Of a stretch of 64,000 bases of DNA, positions 29,243-42,951 are shown piece after piece (position 1 is the stretch's first letter; every line of letters starts with the position of its first letter). The position numbers and the translations under genes were made by a program. Below the pieces are notes generated by a model. It was given only the letters and a program-made list of their open reading frames with translations, searched no databases and was not told the origin of the DNA. The stretch comes from Candidatus Zhuqueibacterota bacterium (GTDB lineage Bacteria; Zhuqueibacterota; Zhuqueibacteria; Thermofontimicrobiales; Thermofontimicrobiaceae), in contig JBMOPW010000021.1 of the NCBI GenBank assembly GCA_049322915.1, positions 1-64,000 of the forward strand. Direction: 5' to 3'.

Positions 29243-30118
29243 TTAAAACACAACCTCCGAAACCACCGGATAATGATCTGAAATATAAACTCCATCCTTT
29301 AAAATATTCAGCGTTTCATGGGTCATCACTTTTACGCGGGGATTCACAAAAATGAAATCGATCTCCTGTGTGCCCCCGGGGTCAGTGAATCCGTTGAATG
29401 TGTTTTTGATGCCTGCATGGGGCATTGCGGAGATGGTCCTGGAATCTTTCAAAACAACGTCATCGGGCAGGACGCCGGTCAGTATTTTATAGGCGCTGTC
29501 CTGCGCTGTACAGTTGAAATCACCGGTGAGGATGATCGGTTTTTCTCCGGCAACGGCTTTCATTAAATTCAGCAGCAGCCGGGCGCTCCGGATTCTGGCC
29601 AATTCGCTGATGTGGTCAAAATGGGTATTGAAAACATAGAACTCTCTGTCGCACGTCTTATCCCTGAGACGGACATAAGTGACAATGCGCGTGCAGGCGG
29701 TGTCCCAGCTTTTACTGCTGGGCGCGGTGGGCGTTTCCGAAAGCCACAGCGTGGAATCCCCCATATTCTCGAAGCGATCCCGGAGAAAAAAAATCGGCGT
29801 AAATTCACCGGCGCTCTTCCCATCATCCCTGCCGACGCCGCACCAGTCGTAATCGAAAAGCAGCGAGTCCAGATCGTCGAGTTGGCTTTTCAATACCTCC
29901 TGCATGCCGATGATGTCGATGTCCCGCTCCAGAATGGCGCCGGCAGCGAGCGCCTTGCGATTGGGCCAGGCATTCACTCCGTCGTTCGGGTTGTTGTAGC
30001 GGATATTGAACGTCATCACGCTGAGTTCGCTATCGAGTTGGGGCGTGGCGCAGGAATTCAGCAACAGAAGAGATGCGCATAGAATGAATCCGAAATAGAA
30101 GAAGGTTTTCATGGGCAT
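29243..30118 (-). CDS. Endonuclease/exonuclease/phosphatase (EEP) family lipoprotein
   Basis: MTFNIRY, GMQE, NTHFDH, GDFN, IDFI, SDHYPV; lipobox LLNS-C. Confidence 0.9.
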   Translation of the reverse strand: MPMKTFFYFGFILCASLLLLNSCATPQLDSELSVMTFNIRYNNPNDGVNAWPNRKALAAGAILERDIDIIGMQEVLKSQLDDLDSLLFDYDWCGVGRDDGKSAGEFTPIFFLRDRFENMGDSTLWLSETPTAPSSKSWDTACTRIVTYVRLRDKTCDREFYVFNTHFDHISELARIRSARLLLNLMKAVAGEKPIILTGDFNCTAQDSAYKILTGVLPDDVVLKDSRTISAMPHAGIKNTFNGFTDPGGTQEIDFIFVNPRVKVMTHETLNILKDGVYISDHYPVVSEVVF

Positions 30119-30234
30119 GGATTCCTTAAATTGTTGTTGCAGTTCAATGAAATAAAATTCAGAAAAGTGCTACTGTTCACGGGCCTGTCGATTGAAACCG
30201 GGCCTGTCTTGTGACATTGCCGGCGCGCGGCTGG

Positions 30235-31278
30235 CTACCGTCCCTCATTTTCCAGATCGATTTTGCGCCACTCGTCGAAAATGACCAGTGCGGTCTCCGG
30301 GTTGGCGCCGGCGCCGAACTCGAACTCGGCGATGAGGCCGCCGTTCGGGTCGTACAGATGTTTTGCCATCTCGCGCACGGCATCGCGACCATCCTGGGGA
30401 TTGGCAGAGGGCAACACATGCTGGCGGTCGATTTCTCCCCAGAAAGTGATTTTGCCCTTCACGCGACGGCTCAGATCGGCCATGTCCATGCAGAACAGTT
30501 GTGAATTAATGGCATCCACGCCGATTTCGACAAGGTCATCGTAGATTTCAGAAATGAACCCGTCCGAGTGCATGAAGACGAACTTGCCCCGGGCATGGGC
30601 GATGTCGCAATAGTCTTTATACAGCGGTTTGAACAGCTCGCGCCAGATCCTCGGCGGAATGAGCAACTGATTTTGCGCGCCCCAGTCGTCCATGAACATG
30701 AGCGCGTCGACATCCATCTGCGCCCAGAATTCCAATTCTTTCACGTAGAACGCATGAATTTTCCGGAGCAGATCCCCACCGCCTTGTTCCGGCATCATCA
30801 TATCGACCATAGCATTCTCTGTACCGCGCACAAACTGGTAGCGTTCCCAGGGACGGGGACAGCAGTTGGCAAGGACAAAGCGATTGGTGCTATCGTAAAA
30901 ACGGCGAATCTGGTCCCTGGCTGGCTGGAGCGCCGTCGGTAGTTGATCGTAAGGTGGTTTCACCTGTTTCCGGTCGGCGATGTCCAAAAGCTGCGGCGTC
31001 TCCACTTCGCCAATCACACCTTCCTGGATGTTCCTGAATTTGCAGCCCCATTCATCGGTGAAATAGCCGATCTGGTAAGGATCGCCTTTCACGCGCGGCG
31101 AGGCCGGATAGAAATAATCCGGACGCACAAAATCATTGGGATAGAGTTCTTCAATTTTCTTAACCGTATCCGGGTAGCGCATCCCGGCCCAGGGCAGTAG
31201 CCAGAGATCGCGGGGCGTTCGTTCCGGGCGTTCAAATTTTAGGCAGCGGGTGACAATTTCCCGCGGGGTTTGCGGCAT
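30235..31278 (-). CDS. Uroporphyrinogen decarboxylase / MtaA-CmuA methyltransferase family protein
   Basis: TPREIV, TDEWG, FMDDWGAQ, WRELFKPLY, MHSDG, FWGEIDRQ. Confidence 0.8.
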   Translation of the reverse strand: MPQTPREIVTRCLKFERPERTPRDLWLLPWAGMRYPDTVKKIEELYPNDFVRPDYFYPASPRVKGDPYQIGYFTDEWGCKFRNIQEGVIGEVETPQLLDIADRKQVKPPYDQLPTALQPARDQIRRFYDSTNRFVLANCCPRPWERYQFVRGTENAMVDMMMPEQGGGDLLRKIHAFYVKELEFWAQMDVDALMFMDDWGAQNQLLIPPRIWRELFKPLYKDYCDIAHARGKFVFMHSDGFISEIYDDLVEIGVDAINSQLFCMDMADLSRRVKGKITFWGEIDRQHVLPSANPQDGRDAVREMAKHLYDPNGGLIAEFEFGAGANPETALVIFDEWRKIDLENEGR

Positions 31279-31430
31279 GGGTTCTCCTGCGAATTTTTAT
31301 CAATCATCAAAACGAGGCAGCGGAGAGTCCCCGGAATATCGTCCGGGAACTCATCGTCCAATAACTCGTCGTAAGGTCTGAATGGGTTGTAACGTGTCGG
31401 CCAAGCGCAAGTAGCATCAGCCGACGGCCG

Positions 31431-33914
31431 TCACTTTCCGGCTTTATCGGAATAAAACAGCACCGGGGCCGGGATAATCTGCCTGGCAATGCCCGGGCCT
31501 GCATAGCGCACCATCAATCCCAGTCCGTATTCCTTTTGAAAATAGTCGACTGAAATGAGATGATACCCGGCCTTCAACGCAATTTTTCCGGATTCTTCGC
31601 GCATGCCGTGAATGCCGTCGTTGGTGACAACCGGCTTCGCGTCAATCGACAGCGCAGAGCCATCGTCGGATTCTGTGAAAAATGTGTAGACACCATCGGC
31701 TGGAATGCGAAGGAAGCCTTCGAATCGCAGGCCAAAATTTTTATCCACCGGCGAAGGCGTCAGATCGAAGGACGCGCAGGTTTTAACCGCGGCCGCTTTC
31801 AGCGTCGAAAAATCGGGCAGGCTGTCCCACGCCCCTTCGAAGTAGTGGACGACCAGGCCCGGTTTTGGTTTGGATAGCTTCAGGGCAGGCATTAACTCCA
31901 CTTTTTGGCAGGTGAATTGGCTCACCCGGCTGCGGATATTCTCCGGCCAGATTGTCACCGCGTTGATCGTTGTGGTCTGTGAAAATTCCAGTGGCGCTGA
32001 ATACAGGGGCGAAGTCGCGCCGGGGAGGCTGCCATCCAGGCTGTAATGGATTTCACCGCCGGCGCTGCCCGTCAGTTTGACCACCGCCTTTTTCAGAAAA
32101 ACGTCGTCGGTGGATTCAAATTCCGGGGACAGATACCCGTGGTTCATTTTCTTCACCGTCTCCGTATCCATTTTAATGACAGCCCGATCGTACGTCATCA
32201 GGCCATTCACTTCTATTTCCACGTCGGTTGTTTGCGTGTACACAGCCGCTGCCAGACCGTTTTTCCTGAGCGGCTGCAATTTTCGGCACAGGATTTCGTA
32301 GGCTTCGGTCAATTGCTCGGCTGTCTTGTACCCACGATAGCCCCAATTTTTCTCCTTGCGCCACGAATGATCCAGCAGAGGCAAACCAAGCCCGCCGTAT
32401 TCGCCCAAAACTGCTGCGCGAAATGGCTCATTGGCTGGCGCAGCCGGGCCGGGGTAGGCATGAATATCGTTCACGTCGCCGGTATTGCGGTCGGTCCAGC
32501 CGCTGGCATTGTTGACCAGCCGCGTGGAATCGTACTGCTTGATCCAGGCGACAATGCCCTCTGTGTCGAACTGCCCCCACCCTTCATTGAACGGCACCCA
32601 CATCACAATGCTGGGGTGATTGTAGCGTCCATCGATGAGCTGCTGCAATTCCTGTTTGAACTGGGCCGCCGATTCTTCCGTCCTGATGATGTCCGGATCA
32701 TTGGGGCCGATGTAAGCATCCCCGGAAGGCATATCCTGCCACACCATCAATCCCAGCTTATCGCACCAATAATACCAGCGCGCCGGCTCGATCTTCACAT
32801 GCTTGCGCGCCATGTTGAACCCGAGCTGCCGGGTTACTTCGATGTCATAACGCAGGGCTTCGTCGGTAGGCGCGGTGTACAGGCCATCCGGCCACCAGCC
32901 CTGATCCAGCGGCCCGTGATGAAATAATGGTGTGTCGTTGAGGAACAGGCGTTTAGCGCCATCCGGCGCCTGCTCGACGGAGATTTTTCGCATCCCGAAA
33001 TAGCTGGTAACCTCGTCCATCTTTGTATCGCTCTGATAAATGGTGATTTCAAGGCCGTATAAGAATGGCGAGTCCGGCGACCAGAGTTTGGCTTCTTCAT
33101 CGAGATAAATATCGATGGTCTCGTCCCAGAGACTTTCCGCCTCAATGGCGACCTGATCTCCGTCTTTCACTTTGATCTGGACGCGTTGATTTTCCCTGTC
33201 CCCTGTGGTGACGAGGTTCAGAGATAAAATGCTGTCATCGATATTCGTCCGGATTTTAAATGACTCAATGTGCGTCTCTGCCAGCGGCTCCAGCCAGACT
33301 GTCTGCCAGATGCCGGTGACTGAGGTGTACCAGATGCCGCCGGGTTTGGCAACCTGTTTCCCGCGCGGCTGCGCGCCGCTATCGATGGGATCCCACACGC
33401 GCAGGACAATTTCATTGTCTTCGGATTTCAGCGCGTGGGTGATGTCGTAACTGAATGCATCATAGCCGCCGCGATGGCGTCCGATGGCGTGATCATTGAC
33501 CCACACCGTAGTCTCCCAATCCACAGCGCCGAAATTCAGGTGGACATGTTTTCCAGCCCAGCCGGGAGCAAGCGTGAACGTTCGCCGGTACCACAGACAG
33601 TTTTCAGCGCCGACCGGTTTTTTCACGCCGGACAGAGCGGATTCAACCGGAAACGGCACAAGAATTTCACCATCAAAATCAGCCGGGCAATCTTCAGCGA
33701 CAGGACGAATGGCATATTCCCACAGGCCATTGAGGTTTTGCCACTCGTTTCGGACAAGCTGCGGCCGCGGGTATTCCGGCAAAGGATTTTCCGGATTGAC
33801 CTGCGGCGTCCAGCGAGTAATGATGTCGCCGGGGACCAGCGCCCAGGAGTTCTGCTTCGAGCAGTTGGAGAAAAATAGCATACATAACATTCCCGGAATC
33901 ATAAGGTAATTCAT
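31431..33914 (-). CDS. GH2 glycoside hydrolase lipoprotein with chitobiase/HEX C-terminal-like and PA14 domains
   Basis: PLPEYPRPQ, NLNGLW, LDQGWWPDG, RKHVK, WVPFNEGWGQ, LGEYGG; YSLDGSLP; PA14 FFTESDDGS. GGAGG RBS before ATG 33914. Confidence 0.9.
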   Translation of the reverse strand: MNYLMIPGMLCMLFFSNCSKQNSWALVPGDIITRWTPQVNPENPLPEYPRPQLVRNEWQNLNGLWEYAIRPVAEDCPADFDGEILVPFPVESALSGVKKPVGAENCLWYRRTFTLAPGWAGKHVHLNFGAVDWETTVWVNDHAIGRHRGGYDAFSYDITHALKSEDNEIVLRVWDPIDSGAQPRGKQVAKPGGIWYTSVTGIWQTVWLEPLAETHIESFKIRTNIDDSILSLNLVTTGDRENQRVQIKVKDGDQVAIEAESLWDETIDIYLDEEAKLWSPDSPFLYGLEITIYQSDTKMDEVTSYFGMRKISVEQAPDGAKRLFLNDTPLFHHGPLDQGWWPDGLYTAPTDEALRYDIEVTRQLGFNMARKHVKIEPARWYYWCDKLGLMVWQDMPSGDAYIGPNDPDIIRTEESAAQFKQELQQLIDGRYNHPSIVMWVPFNEGWGQFDTEGIVAWIKQYDSTRLVNNASGWTDRNTGDVNDIHAYPGPAAPANEPFRAAVLGEYGGLGLPLLDHSWRKEKNWGYRGYKTAEQLTEAYEILCRKLQPLRKNGLAAAVYTQTTDVEIEVNGLMTYDRAVIKMDTETVKKMNHGYLSPEFESTDDVFLKKAVVKLTGSAGGEIHYSLDGSLPGATSPLYSAPLEFSQTTTINAVTIWPENIRSRVSQFTCQKVELMPALKLSKPKPGLVVHYFEGAWDSLPDFSTLKAAAVKTCASFDLTPSPVDKNFGLRFEGFLRIPADGVYTFFTESDDGSALSIDAKPVVTNDGIHGMREESGKIALKAGYHLISVDYFQKEYGLGLMVRYAGPGIARQIIPAPVLFYSDKAGK

Positions 33915-34145
33915 CGTTCCTCCAGTTAACAAATCATCGATCCGTTTATTTAACTTCATGAATCTACAGAAATTTTAATCTGTACTATTCAATCGAACTT
34001 CAATGAATATAAATGCCCCATTGAAATACTCTGAGACTATTATGGGCAAAAGCCCTTGACCTCGGAGAAATTTCTCCGGATTCCGGTTCTCAGGAACGAG
34101 GTGGATCAGAGATGGTGACTTCTGTTCTTTGAGTCGGTTTGGTCA

Positions 34146-37424
<3,279 letters not shown>

Positions 37425-37506
37425 TTAGTAAATTTCATTTGAAATTACCTGTTACCCATGGAAGCGATTTTATTCGGTCGGGATAATTCATTCCATTGAA
37501 ATCAAG

Positions 37507-39911
37507 CTATTTTAAAATCAAATGGCTTTCCAGCGCATATGTCTGCCCCGGTTCAACCTTGATGTCAGCAACAGTGTCACGATAGCGTATTTTACACTCA
37601 CCCCTGATTCGGGAGCGAAGTGAGACTTTGCTCAGCCGGCCCGCTCGCCAGGTCATATCGATGACAAATCCGCCGCGGGCGCACAAGCCGGTGACCTCAC
37701 CATCAGGCCAGGCGGAAGGCAGCGCCGGGAGTAGATGGATCTCTCCTGTGTGGGATTGCAGCAGCATTTCCGCGATGCCGGCGCAGCCGCCGAAATTGCC
37801 ATCGATTTGAAACGGCGGATGTGCACAAAATAAGTTGGGAAATGTGCCGCCGGCATTCAAGTAGTCATACTCCTGGCTCGTTGTCGGGCGAAGCAGCGTG
37901 TGCAGCATTTGATGGGCGCGATCCCCTTCATGCAGTCTCGCACGAAAGCTGATTTTCCAGGCCAACGACCAACCGGTGCCGCCATCGCCGCGCGCTTCCA
38001 GCGAGGTTCGCGCTGCCCGCGCGAGTTCGGGCGTATGTTGCAACGTAATCTGCCTGCCCGGGTGCAACGCAAAAAGATGGGACAGATGCCGATGTTTGTT
38101 CTCCGGATCGTCGCGGTCTTCTATCCATTCCTGCAACTGACCCCAGCGCCCGATTTTTGGCGGTGCTATTTTCTCCCTGGCTGCCGCAATTCGCTCTGTC
38201 AGGGGATCCTGAAGATTGAGAATCGTGCGCGCTTCGAGAATATTGGTGAACAAATCCCATACTATCTGATGATCCATTGAAGCGCCGGCGGAAATGCCGC
38301 CCTGCTCCATGGAGTAGGAGGGAGCGGAAACCAGGCAGCCGTCCTCGTTCTCGATGAGATTATCCAGCCAGAATTCAGCGGCCTCTTTCATCAGTGGCAA
38401 CGCTGTTTCGCGGAGATAGACAGAGTCCCGGGTGAAGGCGAAATGCTCCCATACATGCTGGCATAACCAGGCTGCGCCGACAGGGAAAAACCCCCAGGGG
38501 AAATCCCAGCCGGGCGCAGTGAAGCCGAACGTGTTGAGCATGGTGCAGGCAATCCACCCTTTCGCGTTGAAATGCTCCCGCGCAGATAAACGGCCCGGAA
38601 CGCGCAGGCTTTCCACAAAGTCGATCAGGGGCAGGTGGCATTCGGAAAGATTCGTCACTTCAGCCGGCCAGTAATTCATTTCAACGTTGATATCAGTATG
38701 ATAATCGCATGCCCAGGGCGGATTATTGGAATGATTCCATTTGCCCTGCAAATTTGCCGGCAGAGTCCCCGGTCGGGAACTGGAAATGAGCAGGTATCGC
38801 CCGAACTGGAAATAGAGCGCTTCTAACTGCGGATCAAGGACGCCGGCGTTGTAGTCAATCAATCGTTGGTCCGTGGATTTGTCACCGGCAGTTGATTTGC
38901 CCAATTGCAGGCGCAGCCGATGAAACAGGTTTTGATAATCAGCCACGTGCTTTTCTAAAATCTGTTCGAAGGATTGAGTCGAAATTTTTGTTATCACATC
39001 CCGATTCAGGGCGGAAAAATTGCGACCTCTGTAATTCGGATGGATTGGCAAATAGTCCGTCGCAGCGGAAAAATAAATGGTCACATGGTCTGCATGCAAA
39101 ATCCGGATTGAATTCTCTGAAAAATGTATTTCTCCATGTCCAATCTCGAACCTCATTCGCGCTTCGAATTTCATGCCATTGTCTGTCACTTCGCCCAGGA
39201 TCACCAGTTGATTGTCCGAAAACGATTGCTCCATGATGTGATGATCTGTCGGGAAGCGGATCTGATAGTTTGTCCCGCCCGGATCGTTGCTATCAAAATG
39301 AAAAACGAGCGCTCTGGCCGGGTAGCTCGCAAAGTACGTGCGGTTATACTCGATGTCCCCGCATGTATAACGGACAGAACCGACCGCGCGATTCAGATCG
39401 AGCTCTCGCCTGTAATTCGTCGGATGACCGGCATGGTCGACGCGGACGAGCAAATCGCCCAGCGACTGATACGCTCCATAGTCGCCGTAACTGAGCGTGG
39501 CGTTTTCGGTGTGAATGATGCCAGTCAATTTTTGATTGGCCAGGTTATGGGCTTCATCATATTTTTTTTTTGACGGAGCAGGTCCCGCACGCGGGGTAGA
39601 AAATTATGTGCGCCGGTTCGGTTCCCCCCGTTGTATTGCAGATGACTCCCCGGTCCGCCTGCCCAGAGCGATTCTTCATTCAATTGAATTCGTTCCTCTT
39701 GCACGCCGCCAAAAAACATCGCGCCTAAATAGCCATTGCCGATGGGCAGGGCTTCGGTCATCCATTCTGCAGCCGGCCTGGTGTACCAGAGTTTGAGATT
39801 CTCGTTTTTCACTTCTTTTCCACAAAACAGAAATGAAAGGATTGACAGGAGAAATATAATTTTAAAATGGAGAATGGTTCTTTGCGCGCAATTTAAAGAT
39901 GTAAAATTCAT
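37507..39911 (-). pseudogene. GH95 alpha-1,2-L-fucosidase split by a frameshift in an A10 run
   Basis: The 5' ORF (39525-39911) carries the GH95 N-terminus (LWYTRPA..W..EALPIGNG..IQLNEESLWAGGP). The 3' ORF (37507-39528) carries GAYQSLGDL, FQFGRYLLISSSR, NLQGKWN, INVEMNYW, HRHLSHL, PPFQIDGNFG. The frames switch at T10, 39562-39571. Confidence 0.88.
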
Positions 39912-39942
39912 AGGGCAAATGTTTTCTGTGGATTCAAAAAGT

Positions 39943-40023
39943 GAACACTGATGACACGGATGATGCAGATTAACGCGGAAAAAAATCTGTGGAAATCCGC
40001 GCGCTCTGTGTCATCCGCGTGCT
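39943..40023. repeat. Short inverted-repeat element (CACGGAT-type)
   Basis: GAACACTGATGACACGGATGATGCAGAT...ATCCGCGCGCTCTGTGTCATCCGCGTGC; the arms are imperfectly complementary. Confidence 0.6.
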
Positions 40024-40043
40024 ATGTTTTTATCAGTGCCGGA

Positions 40044-42869
40044 CTATTTAATGATGACAACTTCTTCCCCGGCATACATAACCACTTCATCTGGTTCATT
40101 GCACTCTTCAACGCCGACGCCGTGATTCGCGCCGACCCACACAATGTTAAATGTCCGCTCCGTTAGCATGCCCGGAAATGCGCCCTGCCGTTTGCCAATA
40201 ATGAGCGTTTTTTCTTTTTCATTCCAGCGAAAAGGAATGGTGGCATAAACGCCGCGTTCGTAATTGTACGTGTCGTTTTCATCCTCGTACAGCGTGAACT
40301 CAGCGTCCGAGCCGGGATAGATGCGCAACTCGATGGGCTCCTCCGGCGTCTCATCCGAATACTGTTTGAAAGGCCCAAGAGGCAGGATCGAGCCGGCTTT
40401 GATGTACAGCGGCATGATGTCAATGGGCGTTTCCCGGGTAATAGCTTTTCCGCCGGCGATTTTTTCTCCGGTCCAGAAATCGAACCAGCCCTTCGTCTCC
40501 GGCAAGTAGAGTTGACTGGATTTTTCTTTTTCCAGTGAGTTGCCGGAAAGAACCGATGTCGGAGTCTTCCAGACCAGTTTGAAAAGAGCGTCGACTTCGC
40601 CCTGAAAATACTCGACTTTTATCGCGTACTTCGTGTTCCCCGCAAGGGTCAGTTTGTGGGAATAATAGCTGACTCCCTGGCATTTCCACGAGTCGATGAT
40701 GAGTTGGTCATTCAGCCAGACGCGAACGCCATCATCGACAATCGCGCCGATTTCGTAGTCGCCGGCCTCGTTGCTCAGCAGAAAGCCATGCCAGCGTATG
40801 CTGTAATTGGAAGCCGGGCACCCGGCTGGCGCGCCGCCGCACCAGTTGAAATCCAGACAGCTATCGGTGCGGGTATTGACCAATTCGTCGAAGTCGACGC
40901 CTTTGAAATAGTGGCCGACCAGCCCGCCCGGCGCATCCTCCGGTGAAAACAGATTCTCTGTCGGAATGACGTCGCCCGAGGTCTGCGGCTCGTAATACAT
41001 CGCCTCGGTGACCGGCATCGCTAGGATAGCCGGCCCGAACATGAACTGATTGTCGATGGCGTAGCATTTCCTGTCATCCGGGAAATCCATAGCCAGGCCG
41101 CGCATCAAAGTATACCCGCTGTGCGTTATCTGCCAGGCGATGGAATAAATGTAGGGCAGAAGCCGATAGCGCAAATGGTCAAATTTCACAAGGCTGTCGT
41201 AGGCCCAATCGCCAGGCTCGCCGAACCGCCACACCTCGCGCGGGGTGCCTGTTCCGTGGGAGCGGAAAATCGGAGTGAATGCGCCGAACTGAAACCAGCG
41301 CACGTACAGTTCGCGATAGGCAGGATCGTCCACGCCGCGATTGTACAATCCGCCGCGGCCGCTGGGAAAGAACGCGCCAATATCGTGGGACCAGTAGGGA
41401 ATGCCGGCCATGCAGAAATTGATCCCGGCGGAAATCTGCTTCCGAAAGACATCCCAGTTGGCGGAGATATCGCCGGACCAGGTGCCGGCTGCAAATTTTT
41501 GCTGTCCGGCAAAAGCGGATCGGGTCAAAGTGAACACGCGTTTTTGAGATGAAAATCGCCGCTGGTCTTCGTAGGCGCCTTTGGTCGTCATGTAGGAATA
41601 GGTGTTCAGGTAGCGCGCCATGGTCCCCATGGCGTTCCTGCCGCAATCCTTGATCTCCTTCTCGGTGATCTCCTGTGTGTCAGTATTGGGAAATTCCGGC
41701 TCGGTGGCGTCCATCCAGAGCGCGTCCACGCCCACGGACAGCAATCCTTTTTTGACGTGTTTGAAATAGATGTCCCGCGCCTCTTCGCTATAGGCGTCAT
41801 AAACGTCCCCGCCGGCCCAATGCTCGTTATCGAAAAGGTAGCCTTTGGATTTGAGCTCTTTGTTCAGCGCAGTTTTTTTGCCAATCATGGGCCAGATGGA
41901 CACCATCAGATGGACGTGATATTTTTCATGCAGCAGTTGAATCATCTCGGCCGGGTTTGGGAAAATCGATTCGTCCCATTCCATAGAACTCCAGTATTCA
42001 TTTTCACCCCAGTAGCGCCAGTCCTGCACCATGTTGTCAATGGGAATGTTGCGCCGGCGATACTCCGCGGTTGTGGCGAGGAGTTCCTTTCGATCCACAT
42101 ACCGCTCTTTGCTCTGCCAGTAGCCGTAGGCCCATTTGCCCAGCAAGGGCGCCTGACCGGTGATTCGGCGGTAGCCGGCAATCACTTCGTCCATTTTTTT
42201 CCCTGCGACGAAATAGTAGTCGATCTGATCCGCTACCTCGGACCAGAACGACATGCCATCATCGCCATCGTGAAACATTGTCCGGGAATAGTTATCCCAC
42301 AGAATGCCGTAGTTGTTCGTTGACACGAGGAAGGGAATGACGGCCACTTTATTGGCCTGGACCAGCAGCACGTCGTGTCCGCGATAATTCATAACGCCGT
42401 CCTGGTATTGACCTAATCCGTACAGACCTTCGTCCCCGCTGAGTTGAAACCGCGATTCGGCATGCCACGTCTTTTCGCCGAGCACACGGGCCGGGGTCAG
42501 TCTGTGCGGCGCCGGCGCTTGTTCGCGCAACAGCACTGCGCCGGAACTATCACGGAATTGAATAACGCCGCTGTGCGCGTTTACTTCGATTTTTAGCAAT
42601 TCGGTCTCGAAGACAATTTCCTCTCCAATCCTGGAAGAAGTCCAGTTCACCGGCGTCCACGCCTCGTTGGCGATGAGGCTCTGCCGGGAGAGGAATGATT
42701 TCTTTTCGGCAAAAATGACGCGAACAATTCCGGGCGAACAGATCTGGATTTTCAAAAATCCTTCGGGCACGGGGATAATGCTGCTGTCGCTGCGCTGACC
42801 GTGCGCTATCTGGACAAACCCGAAAAAGAGAAAGATCAAAACCAGGGAGGATAAAAGCACGTATGGCAT
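40044..42869 (-). CDS. GH31 alpha-xylosidase-like glycosidase with inserted PA14 domain
   Basis: GLYGLGQ, WQSKERY, VQDWRYW, ALWMDATEPE (nucleophile), TWSGDI, WFQFGAF, RSHG; PA14 insert (YSIRWHG...VDDGVRVWL). Confidence 0.9.
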   Translation of the reverse strand: MPYVLLSSLVLIFLFFGFVQIAHGQRSDSSIIPVPEGFLKIQICSPGIVRVIFAEKKSFLSRQSLIANEAWTPVNWTSSRIGEEIVFETELLKIEVNAHSGVIQFRDSSGAVLLREQAPAPHRLTPARVLGEKTWHAESRFQLSGDEGLYGLGQYQDGVMNYRGHDVLLVQANKVAVIPFLVSTNNYGILWDNYSRTMFHDGDDGMSFWSEVADQIDYYFVAGKKMDEVIAGYRRITGQAPLLGKWAYGYWQSKERYVDRKELLATTAEYRRRNIPIDNMVQDWRYWGENEYWSSMEWDESIFPNPAEMIQLLHEKYHVHLMVSIWPMIGKKTALNKELKSKGYLFDNEHWAGGDVYDAYSEEARDIYFKHVKKGLLSVGVDALWMDATEPEFPNTDTQEITEKEIKDCGRNAMGTMARYLNTYSYMTTKGAYEDQRRFSSQKRVFTLTRSAFAGQQKFAAGTWSGDISANWDVFRKQISAGINFCMAGIPYWSHDIGAFFPSGRGGLYNRGVDDPAYRELYVRWFQFGAFTPIFRSHGTGTPREVWRFGEPGDWAYDSLVKFDHLRYRLLPYIYSIAWQITHSGYTLMRGLAMDFPDDRKCYAIDNQFMFGPAILAMPVTEAMYYEPQTSGDVIPTENLFSPEDAPGGLVGHYFKGVDFDELVNTRTDSCLDFNWCGGAPAGCPASNYSIRWHGFLLSNEAGDYEIGAIVDDGVRVWLNDQLIIDSWKCQGVSYYSHKLTLAGNTKYAIKVEYFQGEVDALFKLVWKTPTSVLSGNSLEKEKSSQLYLPETKGWFDFWTGEKIAGGKAITRETPIDIMPLYIKAGSILPLGPFKQYSDETPEEPIELRIYPGSDAEFTLYEDENDTYNYERGVYATIPFRWNEKEKTLIIGKRQGAFPGMLTERTFNIVWVGANHGVGVEECNEPDEVVMYAGEEVVIIK

Positions 42870-42951
42870 CGTATCTCCAATGTTATTTTATGAAAACGTC
42901 GGATTTAAAATCTTCACACTCCTGCAAGGAAGCGCCGGGTGGGCGCGACAC

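Noticed and set aside
31279..31430. Acidic open stretch (YNPFRPYDELLDDEFPDDIP) on the minus strand between GH2 and the UroD-like gene
   Set aside because: May be a gene remnant, but it is too short and lacks a convincing start or recognisable family.
34063..34078. 16 bp palindrome CGGAGAAATTTCTCCG between the two GH2 genes
   Set aside because: Single short instance with no matching sites or U-tract; cannot be distinguished from chance.
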